Positions 1-11,516 of a DNA stretch of 20,000 nt are shown here, piece after piece. Numbering within the stretch: the first letter of the stretch is position 1; each line of letters opens with the position of its first letter. The notes under the pieces are model-generated. The model searched no databases and had not been told where the DNA came from. It was given only the letters and a program-made list of their open reading frames with translations. The DNA comes from Chiloscyllium plagiosum (taxonomy: Eukaryota), in assembly GCF_004010195.1 (NCBI RefSeq), contig NC_057751.1:14928098-14948097 (forward strand). The letters are read 5' to 3'. A program made the translations under genes and the position numbers.

Positions 1-841
1 TCAGTGGTGGGTAAGTTGTTGGAGGGGATTATGAGGGAGAGGATTTACATGTATTTAGAAAAGCAAGGACTGATTAGGGATAGTCAACATGGCTTTGAGT
101 ATGGGAAATCATGTCTCACTAACTTGATTGGGTTTTTGAAGAAGTGACAAAGAAGAGTGATGAAGATAGAATGGTGGACGTTGTCTATATGGACTTCAGC
201 AAGGCATTCAATAAGGTTCTTCATGGTAGACTGGTTGGCAAGGTTAGATAACTTGGAATCCAGAGAGAAGTAACCATTTGGATACAAAATTGGCTTGAAG
301 GGAGGAGATGGAGGGTAGTGCTGGAGGGTGGCTTTTTGGACGAATGGTCTGTGCTGCGAGGAAGGTGCTGGGCTCACCACTTTTTGTTATTTATGTAAAT
401 GAATTGGATGTGAATGAGAGGACGAATTGTTAGTAAGTTTGCAGAGGACACAAAATTGGTGGTGTAATGGAGAATGAGGAAGTTTATCTCAGAGTAGAGT
501 GGGACCTTGTTCAGATGAGCTGAGAAGTGGCAGATGGAGTTTAAGATGGCGATAATGTTGAGATGTTGCAATTTGGTAAAGCAATCAGGGCAGGACTTTT
601 ACACTCGATGATAATATCCTGCTGAGTGTTACCAAACAAAGAGACTTTGGGGTGCAGGTTCACATTTCCTTAAAGGTGGAGTCACAGGTCGATGGGGTAA
701 TGAAGAAGGCATTTGGTACACTTGCCTTTATTAGTACGTGCATTAAGGAAAAGAGTTAAAATGTCATATTGTGGCTTTACAAGACATTGGTTAGGCTACT
801 TTTGGAATACTGTGTTCAGTTCTGGTCTCCATGACATAGGA
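1..841 (+). mobile_element. CR1-clade (HER1-like) LINE, decayed reverse transcriptase region
   Basis: Frame 1 reads SVVGKLLEGIMRERIYMYLEKQGLIRDSQHGFEYGKSCLTNLI. Further on are VDVVYMDFSKAFNKV, SKFAEDTKIG (FADD-like) and LEYCVQFWSP, broken by frameshifts. These are typical CR1 ORF2 motifs. Confidence 0.92.
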
Positions 842-1349
842 AACTGAAGAACTCAACATGGAACATTGTTCCAAGTTAATGAGTTTGCTAGTTCAATAGA
901 GCCCAGTACCATATCACACTGTTATTGACTGAGCTCATTGGAGAGGAATGGGCAGGAGTTTGAAATTAGGGTCAAAATAAGAAGCTGCACACAGCAGAAA
1001 TGTACTCACTAACCTATCATGTTGCTTATCTGTTATCTGGACTGAAACCTCAATAGCCATGTTCACTGTCTATCTTATCAGTTCTGCAGTTTATGTACCT
1101 TAATCATCGGGGTCATCATATTTTTCTAGCAGTGGCTTGATATCATTTGACTGATCTTCACAGCAGCTATAATTTTCTGAACCACCCTCAATGAGGAACA
1201 GAACATGACGATCTCAATTTCTCTCTTTTCATCCTGTGTGGTTTGCACTATGAAGTTCTGCAGTATCCCAAAGTCAAACATTACATTTCACTGCTTACAG
1301 TGAAATACAAGTGCTATTGAACAGAAGGTAGTTCCTCGAGTCTACTCTG

Positions 1350-1420
1350 TTATTCAATAAAATATGATTTTGGCCTTATTTCCACTTCCCTGTCTGCTCT
1401 CCCACAACCATTGACTTCCT
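1350..1420 (-). mobile_element. Short CR1-type 3' tail remnant
   Basis: TTATTCAATAAAATATGA...TTCCACTTCCCTGTCTGCTCTCCCACAACCATTGACTTCC resembles the minus-strand CR1 tail at 16390-16460. Confidence 0.4.
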
Positions 1421-1874
1421 TGAAGGTCAGTGTCCATTGGCATCCTGTGCCAATGTTCTCCCCATCTCCACACCTTGCATCCTTTACCAGTCTTGCTGTT
1501 TTGAGCATACAACAGATGCTGGGATTCAGGATCCAACTCTGGTCTGTTGTCACAACTGCAGCATCTACTCCATTTCTCGTGCATTAATTTTGATTGCCAT
1601 GAATATAGTGAAGGCCCAGGCCACAGGCTGCTGTCGTGTTGACCGCTGTGGTTCCTGCCATGTAACTCAGCTAGTTTGCCCTTTGACTTCCAGTAATCGT
1701 TCACTCTGCTTGACCATGGCTCATCCTCTCATCCAATTGGCTGATAAACATTCTCCCTCTATTTCCTGCCCTTATAACTACAAAAAAGAGAGTAAAAAAG
1801 TGGTCAAGATGTCCTGAAAGGCAGAGTAGCAGTGGATATATAAAGGTGCTGCTACTGGGAAATACAAAGTGTTC

Positions 1875-2032
1875 GAACATAGAACAGTATAGCACAATAA
1901 TGGCCCTTTGGCCCTCGATGTTGTACCGGCTTTTTATTCTACACGAAGATCAGACTAACATACATATTCTTCATTTTACTAACTTCCATGGACCTAGCCA
2001 AGAGTTGCTTAAATGCTCCTAATGTATCTGAC
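1875..2032 (-). mobile_element. CR1-type LINE 3' end
   Basis: GAACATAGAACAGTATAGCACA...GGCCCTTTGGCCCTCGATGTTGTACCGG is the reverse complement of a CR1 3' tail ending in TTCTATGTTC. Confidence 0.7.
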
Positions 2033-2416
2033 AATAGTTTCCCTTCCAAGATAATGTACATGATCTTTGTACATCTTCTTTGCATCTTCTCCAGCATCTC
2101 TGCATTCTTTTTAATTACAAAGTAAGGAATAGCAGGAGTAGGTAATGTGGTCTTTCTAAGCCACTCCAATATTCAGTAACAGCAAAGCCAATCTTCAACT
2201 TTTACTTTACTTTTTTATGTCATCCTTATCTTTTTTGATTCCCTTAAAGGCCAGAGATTGTTCACAATCATTGATCTCGGTTTTGATATACTAACAAAAA
2301 ATCCATAGGTGACTGTAATAGAGAATTCTGAAAAATCCATAACTCTCTGAATGAAGAAACATCTTTTCATCTCAGTCTTTTATAGCAGTTCCTGAAACTT
2401 GACACTAATTTCGCAA

Positions 2417-2528
2417 GGAGAAAGTGAGGAATGCAGATGCTGGAGACCTGAAGAAGGGCTTAAGCCCGAAACGTCGATTCTCCTGCTCCTCAGATGCTGC
2501 CTGGCCTGCTGTGTTTTTCCAGCAACCA
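2417..2528. mobile_element. Penelope-like element terminal-repeat remnant (tip of one arm fused to the opposite arm)
   Basis: GGAGAAAGTGAGGAATGCAGATGCTGGAGA is joined to CCTGAAGAAGGGCTTAAGCCCGAAACGTCGATTCTCCTGCTCCTCAGATGCTGCCTGGCCTGCTGTGTTTTTCCAGCA. The second part matches the reverse complement of 13883-13960. Confidence 0.75.
2439..2486 (+). ncRNA. Minimal type I hammerhead ribozyme motif (Penelope type)
   Basis: CUGAAGA 2448-2454, an extra A, stem II GGGC-UUAA-GCCC 2456-2467, GAAAC 2468-2472, GUC cleavage triplet 2473-2475. Possible stem I: GGAGAC 2442-2447 with G..UCUCC 2476-2483. Confidence 0.7.
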
Positions 2529-3949
2529 ATTTCTGCAACACAGAGACAGGGACACAGTAAATGTGGTTGAACTAAATTTCACTTAAGTACCCTGTATTTC
2601 AATTCTGCTCCTCTCAAAATCAGCCCCAAAATGCTGTTTCCATTTTTGGTGGCCCTTGTTCATCCAATTACTTAGTTTTCATATATTCAACCTTGTTACT
2701 CTGAAACATAATTCTGAAGAAGGACATTGAAAAAAAAATTGGATTATTACTTTTTTACATTGCGCTGGTGTCTGCAAATTGTCGAGTTTAATCTTGCCTG
2801 ATTTGTGATTGCAAATCCTTCATTACTATTAAATTTCTGTTTGCTAAATAATGTTCAGAGTCTTGAGTACTCAAAGAGTCAATATACACAACTACAGCCT
2901 CAGTTGTGGATGTGATGTGAGTTAGAGGAAAGACAGTAGCAGTATATTGTGTTACAAAAGTCAAAAAAAGCTTGCAAGGCTGAATAGCTGTTGAGGCTGA
3001 ATATAGAATCCATGCACAATTCGCAAAACACAAGGTGCAGCGGTATGACCATGGCTGCATCACTCTGGGAACAACCTGAGTGGAGACTTGATACAAGATG
3101 CAGAGATCCATAATTATTAATGGCCTGAGTTTCCTGAACAACGAACAGGATGGTTATTTACTTTCCAGCTCGTCAAACCCATTCTATAACATGTCATCAC
3201 TGCCTTGCCCACCAAGACCACAGAGCTGGTATTGAGGTCACAATCCTGACCATCCAAATGTGGTACATTTCACACCCACACTCAGTAGATGAGTCACCTG
3301 ACAGCAGAACTGTGTCAAAGAAAAATAGCCCAAAAGTTAATGCAGACAATGAAAGACTGAGAAGATATGTTTATGATTGAAGATACCAAACCTCTGTGAT
3401 CATCACTGAAGATACAAAGTCAAGGTTGGTAAGCGATTTGAATCAGTTTCTGACCATCCTTTTGCAATTCCTATAGGTTTGTTTCACTGTGATCTCTATT
3501 ATATGTTCTGCCAAGAACAATCTAATTTGAACTTGTGTCTGTCACCATTATCTTCATGACTAACAATAACAGTATCTTGTGTCTTTAAAATGCCAAACAA
3601 TGGGGCTGGTGTTCTGATGTCAGATTACTGCACCATGTTGGGGACAGCAATTGATGTAATCTACCTGGAGGAATGGATGATGTTGAATTACACAAAATGC
3701 TTTGCTTTTTATTGATCACTTTCATGAATAAGAAAATCAAGTTCAGGAAAATAAAAGTTGGTGGGTTTTCCAATGACACCTCTGAGTTTTTAATCTCCAT
3801 AAGTAATTCTCAGATAGCAAAAATCAAAGTTTTAGGGATTTTAGAAATCTTAGCAGGCGATCTGTGCAGAGTGATTTAATCGTGATGAAGAACAAATAAA
3901 TAGGAAAGGATATAGTAATCTTCATAATTATCTTCAATGTCGTCATCTC

Positions 3950-4238
3950 TAGTCTGTGGGGTGTGGGCATCATTGGCAAAGATGGCAATTGTTCCCCATC
4001 CCGAACCTCCCTTGAAATGGGCAGCTTAGCCATTTCAGAGGGCAGTCAAAAGTCAATCTCCTCAGTGGTTATGAGTCACACATAGGCCAGGAAAGGATGG
4101 CAGGTTTCACTCCTTAGGAAATTAGTGAACCAGATGTCTTTTGTTAAAGCATCAAATCAATGACAGTTTCGTGGCCACCATCAGTTTCAATTCCGGGTAT
4201 ATTGATTGAATTTAAAGCTCAGCAGCTGCAGGGGTGGG
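3950..4238 (-). mobile_element. Decayed SINE of the same family as 19250-19738 (MetaSINE-like core, tentative)
   Basis: GAGTCACACATAGGCCAGGAAAGGATGGCAGGTTTCACTCCTTAGGAAATTAGTGAACCAGATG is the reverse complement of the core CATCTGGTTCACTAATGTCCTT...CTGCC...GTGACTC found at 19430-19702. Confidence 0.7.
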
Positions 4239-4381
4239 TTAATCACTTACTGTGCAATGTCACTTGATCGTTAAACTTCACGAAAAAATCCCCTCCCTGA
4301 ATCCAGAGGCAGGATGGCATTATTAATGGAGTACTTGAGTAGATATCCTTACCTGTGGCATATCCATATCCTGTGCCACTA

Positions 4382-4510
4382 AACATAAGAAATTTGCCAA
4401 TTTGATTCCTGGAACATGCTCTGTTATTCAGTCAGATCATGAGTGAACTGGTTGCAGTCATTATTCCAACTTCCTGCCCAGCTTGACTTACCCCATAATT
4501 ATTGATTTCT
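4382..4510 (-). mobile_element. Old CR1-type 3' end
   Basis: AACATAAGAAAT...TTATTCAGTCAGATCATG...CCCCATAATTATTGATT parallels the minus-strand tail at 16340-16460. Confidence 0.5.
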
Positions 4511-5487
4511 TTTTAGATTGTTTTGTCTGTATTGTCTGCCGCTGTTATCCTTCTATAATAATCTTACTCCTCTGTATATCCAGGATCAGACTGAGGGAGA
4601 AAGTGAGGGACAGCCAACTCACCCTCAGATCATTGTTTAGTACAGTTCTCGCATGATGTTCTTACTCAATCGACTTTTGTACTGACGTTGGTTAGCGATT
4701 GTTCATGATTCATTGATGGGTTACTAGTGTAATTTATCTCTGTACTGCAATGTTATTGCTATAGATTTAACTGTTGGAATCCATTTCCCTGCAGTGAGGA
4801 TGAACAAAGCCTCTGCTTCATGCGCATTCCTTAAGTTCCAGCCCTCACACATCATTGCTCAGAACCCCGTACTGCAAATACTTAGCTGGAATTTGTCTCA
4901 AGTTGTCACTTGAATTGCTCAACAGTGTTCTTTCAGTATGCGCAGAGGAAACAACTGTGACTGCATGCTTAGGTCCAGCATTACCAGGTTAACAGCTCCC
5001 GCTGAAATACAGACTATGCTAACTTAACTTGGAATGATTGCTGAGATGGGTGTGGAAGGCTGCTTAGATTGAGTGAGGGAGAGGTATGATCCTCAAGTTC
5101 TGGTCTCCACTGTTGCTGAGTCAGTTATTGTCTGATAGGCAGGAGTTTGGCCTTTGTGCCTTTTATTCCAGATAGGATAATCTAGGCTCCTGCTCCTAAT
5201 GGAGATCACAGCGATTTGGTGGCTGTACCTCATGCATACTCCCCTCACTCCAATAGTGTGCAGACAATATGGGCCCATACATGAAAAATGGACACAATGG
5301 TGGGCTATCAAAAGGTGGCTGGTGTCCCAGGGGCTCAGAACGTGAGGCACTGCGGACAGGACAGGAGGACAACCTGCAGGAGATAATGGCTCCTTGTGCC
5401 TGTATCTTAACTCACACCAAGTCCCATTTGCCCATCACAATACGTATTGTCTTTTTGATCGAATCATACACTTAACTTGGAGGCATG

Positions 5488-5972
5488 TGTCGTGAAGATT
5501 CATTAGATTGCTTCCTGCAAAAGAGGGTTTCCAAGGATGAGAAGTTGAGTAAATTGAACTGATACCTGAGCAGTTCAGAAGTTTTCGAGGTGATCTGTTT
5601 GAACATAGATGACTCTGAGGAGGCTTGATTGGATAAAGGGTATTGCCCTTGGCTGAGGAATCCAGAACACAGAGCACAGTCGAAGGATAAAAAGTCACAG
5701 AGTCATACGGCACTGAAACAGACCCCTCAATCCAACCTGTTCATGCCGACGAGGCATCCTAAACTGAACTAGCAAAATCTGCAACTTCATGGCCTGGCAT
5801 ATTCCCATTCTACCATTATCATCAAACCAAAAGGCTGATTCATCGTGGATGGGGATGAGGAGAAATACCTTCACTCAAAGGATCATGAATCTTTGGAATC
5901 GTCTTCCCCACAGTGCTTTGGATATTCAATTGCTGAGCATACTCAAAGCAGGGGATGATAAAATTTTTAGAC
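5488..5972 (+). mobile_element. Old CR1 ORF2 3' fragment interrupted by a minus-strand HER1 tail
   Basis: CGAGGTGATCTG (RGDL) near 5586 and the ORF segment MRRNTFTQRIMNLWNRLPHSAL, the conserved CR1 C-terminal FTQRVVNLWN motif. Confidence 0.75.
5695..5810 (-). mobile_element. HER1-like LINE 3' tail nested in the older CR1
   Basis: TCACAGAGTCATACGGCACTGAAACAGACCCCTCAATCCAACCTGTTCATGCCGAC matches the tail at 9859-9910. Confidence 0.7.
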
Positions 5973-6004
5973 TTTGACTCTCATCAAATCCTGATTGGGA
6001 AATG

Positions 6005-6292
6005 ATTCTCTTTTAAAATTTTCATCCTTGTTTTCAACCATCTCCATCGTCTTGTCCCAACTTATCTCATCTCAAAATCCACAATCCTCCAAAATATTTG
6101 CACTCTTCCAATTGCAGGTTCTTGTGGGCTTCTGAACACAGCTCCATTGGTGACTGTGCCACTGGTATCCTCAGCTCTGAGCTCTGTAGTTCTCTCTGGA
6201 AATATTTTGATGTCTTTCCTCCTCTAAGGTGATCCCTCTAACCTGTGGCCAAGCCTTGGGTCACTTGCCTCCTTGGGTGGTTCAGTATCAAT
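6005..6292 (+). mobile_element. L2-like LINE 3' region, 5' part (continues at 7090-7166)
   Basis: TTTAAAATTTTCATCCTTGTTTTCAACCATCTCCATCGTCTTGTCCCAACTTATCTC translates as FKIFILVFNHLHRLVPTYL, resembling the L2 motif FKILLLVFKALHGLAPPYL. Confidence 0.6.
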
Positions 6293-7092
6293 GTTTGATT
6301 TGATTTATTGTTGTCATATGAACTGAAATACAGTGAAAAGTGTTGTTTTGTGCGCTCTACAGGAAGATCGTACCATACAAAGTGCATCAGCCAGCAAACC
6401 AGAGTGTAGAAAATAGTATTACAGCTGGAGGAAAGATGTAGAGAGAGAGATTATGTGTTTGTGGGAGAGAAAGAGAGAGAGAGAGAGAGACAGAGAGATG
6501 GCAATATTAACATTCGAGATGTCTGTCCAAAAGTCTGATAACAGTGGGAAAGAAGCTGTTCTTGAATCCGTGTAAGTGTATTCAAACTTTTATATCTTCT
6601 GCCCAACAGAAGAGGATGGAAGAGAGTATAACTGGGGTGGGAGGGGTTTTTGATAATGTTGGTTGATTTCTTGCAGCAGTGGGAAGTGCAGCTGGAGTCA
6701 ATCGATGGAAGATTCGTTTGTCTGATGGATTGGGTTGTACTCACAACTCTCTGTAGTTTTTGGGGTCTTGGGAATAGCAGTTGCCATACTACCCTGTGAT
6801 GCATCCAGATAGAATGCTTTCTGTCCTGTACCTGTAAAAATCAGTAAGATGTTTTGTGGATATGCTGAATTTCCTTAGCATCCTGAGGAAGATGAGGCAT
6901 TGTTGTGCTTTCTTGGGTGTTGTGTTGATGTGGGTGGACCAGGACAGATTGTTAGTGATCATCATTCCCGTGATGCTCTGGACAATCTCCACCTTAGCAC
7001 CATTGACGCAGACAGGGGCATGCCAACCACTCTACTTCCTGAAGTCAAAAACCAGTTCCTTCATTTTGCTGAAGTTGATGAAGAGATCATTG
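6293..7092 (-). mobile_element. Rex1/Babar-clade LINE, 3' fragment
   Basis: ORF 6789-6992 ITNNLSWSTHINTTPKKAQQCLIFLRMLRKFSISTKHLTDFYRYRTESILSGCITG and ORF 6451-6804 KLQRVVSTTQSI...IIKNPSHPSYTLFHPLLLGRRYKSL match Rex1 RT C-terminal motifs. There is a TTTGA-repeat tail at 6294-6306. Confidence 0.88.
6465..6498. repeat. (GA)n microsatellite, imperfect
   Basis: GAGAGAAAGAGAGAGAGAGAGAGAGACAGAGAGA, seen directly, inside the Rex1 3' UTR. Confidence 0.9.
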
Positions 7093-7166
7093 TCTGATAA
7101 ACATCCCTGTGAAGCATCTTGAGCAATTTTATCATAATAGGGGCACTACACAAATACAAGCTGCTG
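7090..7166 (+). mobile_element. L2-like 3' tail, continuation of 6005-6292
   Basis: CCTGTGAAGCATCTTGAGCAATTTTATCATAATAGGGGCACTACACAAATACAAGCTGCTG resembles the L2 tail TGTGAAGCGCCTTGGG...AAAGGCGCTATATAAATGCAAG. Confidence 0.6.
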
Positions 7167-7538
7167 TGACAGTCAGTGTGAGACAGGTGTAATTGCTGCA
7201 TGAATTTATCTCGCCCATTGTCTTGTTTAGAATCTCAACATGAGTAGTTAGAGAGATTTTCTGAGCTTGTCCTAACATGCTATCAGAATGGATCAATCAT
7301 TGCTTTGGCCTGGGGATGATGATGCTGCTGACTCTTGGATCTCCATTTGTGCCAGCCAGTGAAAACTTGTTTTTAAGTTTCTTTGAGGAATTCTAAGCCT
7401 TTGAAATATGGGCACCCAGGCTAACCAGATCATACCCATAGTCCTGAAGGTCTCTCTCTCTTTCTCTCTCTCTGACTGTCTCTAACTAGGCACTCTCCAC
7501 TGGTCCAGCAAAGGTACATATACTTGGATCACTAAAAA

Positions 7539-8055
7539 TGCTTTTCATCTTGCACTCTTTGTCAGGAAAAATATGTAAGTGCCAAATTTCAAACAACGAT
7601 GATAATTAATACTACAGGAAGAAAGAGTACTAATTGTTTGGCAAGTTAACTCTGATGTGTCAAGGCATGGAGAAATCACCAAGGAACTATAGGCTCACCG
7701 AGTTCTCAGGTAATATTAAATAGCTCAAGCCTTGATCACATGCTTCATGTTTGCAAAGAATGGCTCCCTATTAATGAATGTGTCACTTTCACCAAGCATA
7801 AATGATCAACATTATGAACTCAACAGATTACCTTTAAATTGATTATTGATGTAGTTATTAGCACACTAAGGATTATTCAGCAACAGCTGCTGAATCATGA
7901 AACTGCTTCCAACAATTTTGCAAAAATGAGTTACTTGAGTATGGTCTGTACTCTGCCGATTATGAACAAGCAAAGGATAATTCTGTTTGAGTCATGCAGC
8001 CATTTGTTGGGTGTCCATTGTCTATACCATACATATCCAACAAGGATACATTTTT
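7539..8055 (-). mobile_element. Decayed Penelope-like element (GIY-YIG C-terminus plus terminal region)
   Basis: The minus strand ends CCTGACAAAGAGTGCAAGATGAAAAGCA, a degenerate hammerhead-type CTGATGAGTGCAAGACGAAA. Upstream remnants TTCTTTGCAAACA (LCKQ-like) and TATGTA..CAAACAG (YVG...KQH-like) also fit. Confidence 0.5.
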
Positions 8056-8102
8056 ATCCTTGTTATGTTTAAGCCTGGGCTTGTTCTAGTTGGCGAACTG
8101 AG

Positions 8103-8447
8103 ATCATAGAATAGAATCCCTATAGTGTGGAAGCAGGCCCTTTGTCCTGTCCAGTCCACATCAACCCTCCGAAGAACATCCCACCCAGACCCACCCCCTT
8201 CTCTATCCCTGTATTTCTAATGGCTAATCCACCTGGGCTGCACATCCTTGGACATTATGGGCAATTTAGCATGGCCAATCCACCCAAACTGCATATCTGT
8301 AGTCTTTGGGAGGAAACCAGAGCACCCGGAAGATACCCACGCAGACATGGGGAGAATGTGCAAACTCCACAGAGCTTGTTGCCTGAGGGTGGAATCGAAC
8401 CAGATCTTGTGAGGCAGCAGTGCTAATCATTGAGCCACCATGCTGCC
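8103..8447 (-). mobile_element. HE1-type V-SINE, near full length
   Basis: The minus strand starts GGCAGCATGGTGGCTCAATGATTAGCACTGCTGCCTCACA, has B box GGTTCGATTCC, V-domain GGAGTTTGCACATTCTCCCCATGTCTGCGTGGGT...TCCTCCCA and a HER1-shared tail ending TTCTATTCTATGAT. Confidence 0.92.
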
Positions 8448-8972
8448 TATTGGAGGAGACATAATAGAACAGGAAAATGTAAATGATAAGAACAATATAA
8501 TTTATGACAACAAAAGGGGCATTGTATCATGAGCCTTTCCCAGTTATAGGAACAAAAGAGGAATTCTTGGTAAAGATAATGAATAAAACCTGAAATGTTG
8601 GACCTTTGAAATGAAAATTGAAAATGCTGGGGTGCACAATGGGCGTGGAACATCAGAAGTATTGCAAATGACGAGAGAGCCCAGAGGAAGAAGTAAAGGA
8701 ATTTTGCAGAAATCGAGTTCCTGCACAATGAATTTGCATAATTGCGTGGCATTACAACCAGGCTGAACACAGTCACTGCAGCCAAGAACAGCTTCCCTGT
8801 GGCATTTGGACTCTTTGAACTTGTTCAGTGTGTCATCCACTCGAACAACTTCCCATTCATAAATTCAAATCACTCCAATGATGTCACTCATATTGTTGAT
8901 ATTGGACTGTGAGTCACCGCACTGGAATCTAATTGGCAAAGCTGCTATCTTTCCACAAACAGCAGTAAGGTT

Positions 8973-9034
8973 GATCAGCCATGATCCTATTGATGACCAG
9001 ACCAGCAGCTTACTCCTGTTACTATTTCTTATGG
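8973..9034 (+). mobile_element. CR1-type 3' tail remnant
   Basis: GATCAGCCATGATCCTATTGATG...TACTCCTGTTACTATTTCTTATGG resembles the reverse complement of the tail at 16340-16416. Confidence 0.6.
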
Positions 9035-9164
9035 CCTCCTCGTAAACCATGACCAGGATGGATATAACCACACGACACTTATGCCTTAATCCTGACCATT
9101 AAGACATTACCTTTGGCAGCCTCAAGTTTTGAAATTCCAATCCTTCCATGAATTCCATGTAGAT

Positions 9165-9575
9165 GTGTTCGAGAAGGTTCTGAAAAGTTTTGTATGAGTG
9201 TTTCCAAGGATGAGAGGCTTCAGAAATGGAGATAGATTGTGGAACTTAGGACTATTCTCTTCATTTCTCGAAGATTGACAGGAAATTTAATAGAATGTGT
9301 AAAACCAAGAGGAGTTTTGACAAAGCAAATGGTGAGAAAATGTTCCTATTGGCATAAGGGTGGTGAACTTGATGAAAGAACCAGAGGTGATCAAATGTTT
9401 TATGTTGCAAGTAGTTACCAGCTGGAAAACACTGCATTAGAGTGTAGTGGAGTATAAATAATTAAGGCTTTCAAAAGGGAATTGGAACACTATCTGAAGA
9501 CAAAAGATAAGGTTTTGTGAAAGGGCAGAAGAGTGGGACTAATTCAGTTACTGTGGCAGACAGCCAGCACAGACA
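9165..9575 (+). mobile_element. Old CR1 3' fragment
   Basis: The ORF segment RRLTGNLIECVK (RRLRGDLIEVYK-like), TTCAAAAGGGAATTGGA (FKRELD-like) and a GAGTGGGACTAATT tail. Confidence 0.7.
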
Positions 9576-9855
9576 TTTCATCAGATGATCACTGGTACAT
9601 TGTGCTGTTTATCACATCTCCTGGTGTGTAGTACTGGGTAAGGATTGTTTAAGGTCAGCCATTGCCACCAATACTTCTTTGTTTTTGCTTTGTCTTGGGC
9701 CTAACTAGTTATTAGTGGTAGATGATATACCATTGTAGAATGTCTGCTGAAGAGGCACTCTTCTCAGATAACAAGAGGGATTTTTTGCATAAGCATTATA
9801 AGTACATTTATTAGGCATAATCACTTTGACCTGAGGGAGCTGGGACGGTTACAAA

Positions 9856-10564
9856 GAGTCATAGAGACGTACAGCATGGAAACAGACCCTTTGGTCCAGC
9901 TTGTCCATGCCATCCAGATATCCGAGATAAATCTAGTCCCATTTGCTAGCATTTGACCCATATCCCTCTAAACCCTTCCTAGTCATATCGCCATCCAGAT
10001 GTCTTTTAAATGCTATAATTGTACCAGTCTCCACCACTTCCTCTGGCACCTGATTCCATACACACACCATCTTCTACATTAAAAAGTTGCCCCTTAGATC
10101 CCTTTTAAATCTTTTACCTCTCACCTAAAACCTGTGCCCTCTAGTTTTGGTCTCCTCTACACTGGGAAAAAGATCTATGGTTATTTGCCAAATCCTTGCC
10201 CCTCAAGATTTCATAAACCTCTATAAGGTCACCCCTCAGTCTTTGATGCTCCAGGGAGAATAGTCCCATCCTATTCAGCATCTCAGTATAGCACCAACCC
10301 TTCAACCCTGGCATCATCCTTGGAAATCTTTCCTGAATCCTTTCAAGTTTTGCAATATCCTTCCTACAGCGGGGAGACCAGAAATGCACACAGTATTCCA
10401 AAAGTGGCCTAATCAATCCTGTACAATCGCAATGTGACCTCCCAACTCCTATACTCAATGCGCTGACCAATCAGGTCACGCATACCAAATGCCTTCTTCA
10501 TTATCCTATCTACCTGCGAATCTACTTTCAAGGAACTGTGAGCATATACTCCAAGGTCTCTTTG
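9856..10564 (-). mobile_element. HER1/CR1 LINE, 5'-truncated 3' portion
   Basis: ORF 10141-10470 contains LIRPLLEYCVHFWSPRCRKDIAKLERIQERFPRMMPGLKG...RLRGDLIEVYEILRG. The tail is the reverse complement of the tail at 18345-18478. Confidence 0.92.
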
Positions 10565-11516
10565 ATGTGCCCTCTCCGAATGCATGACAACTCCCTGACT
10601 CCACCCACAGCGTGTGACATCAGAAGATTAGGTGGAACCAAAGTAATATGAACATTAAGCCTTTCAGAACCATCACCAAATATGATAGATATCCTGGGCT
10701 GAATGGTCTCCTACTGTGCTATAACCATTCCATCATTTATCATCTCCAAGTCCAGATTATTGCCGTCTTCTGAAACAGTCTTTTTGTGCCTGTCTTGGCT
10801 CTTTACTGAGCCCTCAATGGCTCAGCTTTTAGCTGTCTTTGCCCTATGTTCTAAATTTCCTTTGCTGAACCTCTCCACCTCCCCCCTCCCCCATAACACC
10901 CTCCATTTAAGGTGTTTGATGTCATTTTCTAATTATATATGGATTCTGCTGCAATAGTGAAGGTGAATAAAGTGCAGCCTCAGATTCTTGGCATTTTTCT
11001 GCATTGACTAATGAAGTGGCACTTGCTGAGCTACAGGCACATGCTTTAAACAAAGGTGCAGCTCAGTCAATGTGTTGATCAATAACGAGTGAATGGTATC
11101 GAGGGAGGAACATCTGTTGTTGCGAAATACTCTCTGTTCACTGCCTGCTGGGTGTGGCTGGTTTCTGTGGTTTGCAGCTTGCCACACAGTACAAAACAGT
11201 GTGGTCAAGAAATACAGGGTGGGCAGATATCACTTGTCCAGCTGGAACATATGGTGTCACACTCGGTAAATGGTTTGAAATCCTGACCGACTCTTGCTCA
11301 TGATAAGATTTGGCAGGTGGTGGAGGTGCTGGGGGTTCATAATTCATTTGTTTTCTCGTTCTTCACATTTCCACAATGCCTTTTCCCACTTCAGGATGTC
11401 TCAAAGCTCTTTTCTAGTCAAGTTGTAATGTAGGAAATACGGTACCCATTTTGTGCACAGCAAGCCCTCACAAACAGCATTGAAATAAATGGTCAGATGT
11501 TCTTTGTTAGGTGGTT

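Noticed and set aside
1..310. Segmental duplication with 18005-18320
   Set aside because: These are two independent, diverged copies of the same CR1 RT region with unrelated flanks.
1437..1817. Cys-rich 126-aa ORF
   Set aside because: It has a non-ATG start, no recognisable cysteine pattern, overlapping open frames on the other strand and no convincing splice signals.
2960..3420. Gypsy integrase C-terminal remnant (QRYD..., RSII... resembling YYD/PRSY motifs)
   Set aside because: The resemblance is too faint and broken by stops to support without a profile search.
8447..8940. Coding exon in unique-looking sequence
   Set aside because: No frame gives a recognisable protein and there is no good paired acceptor and donor.
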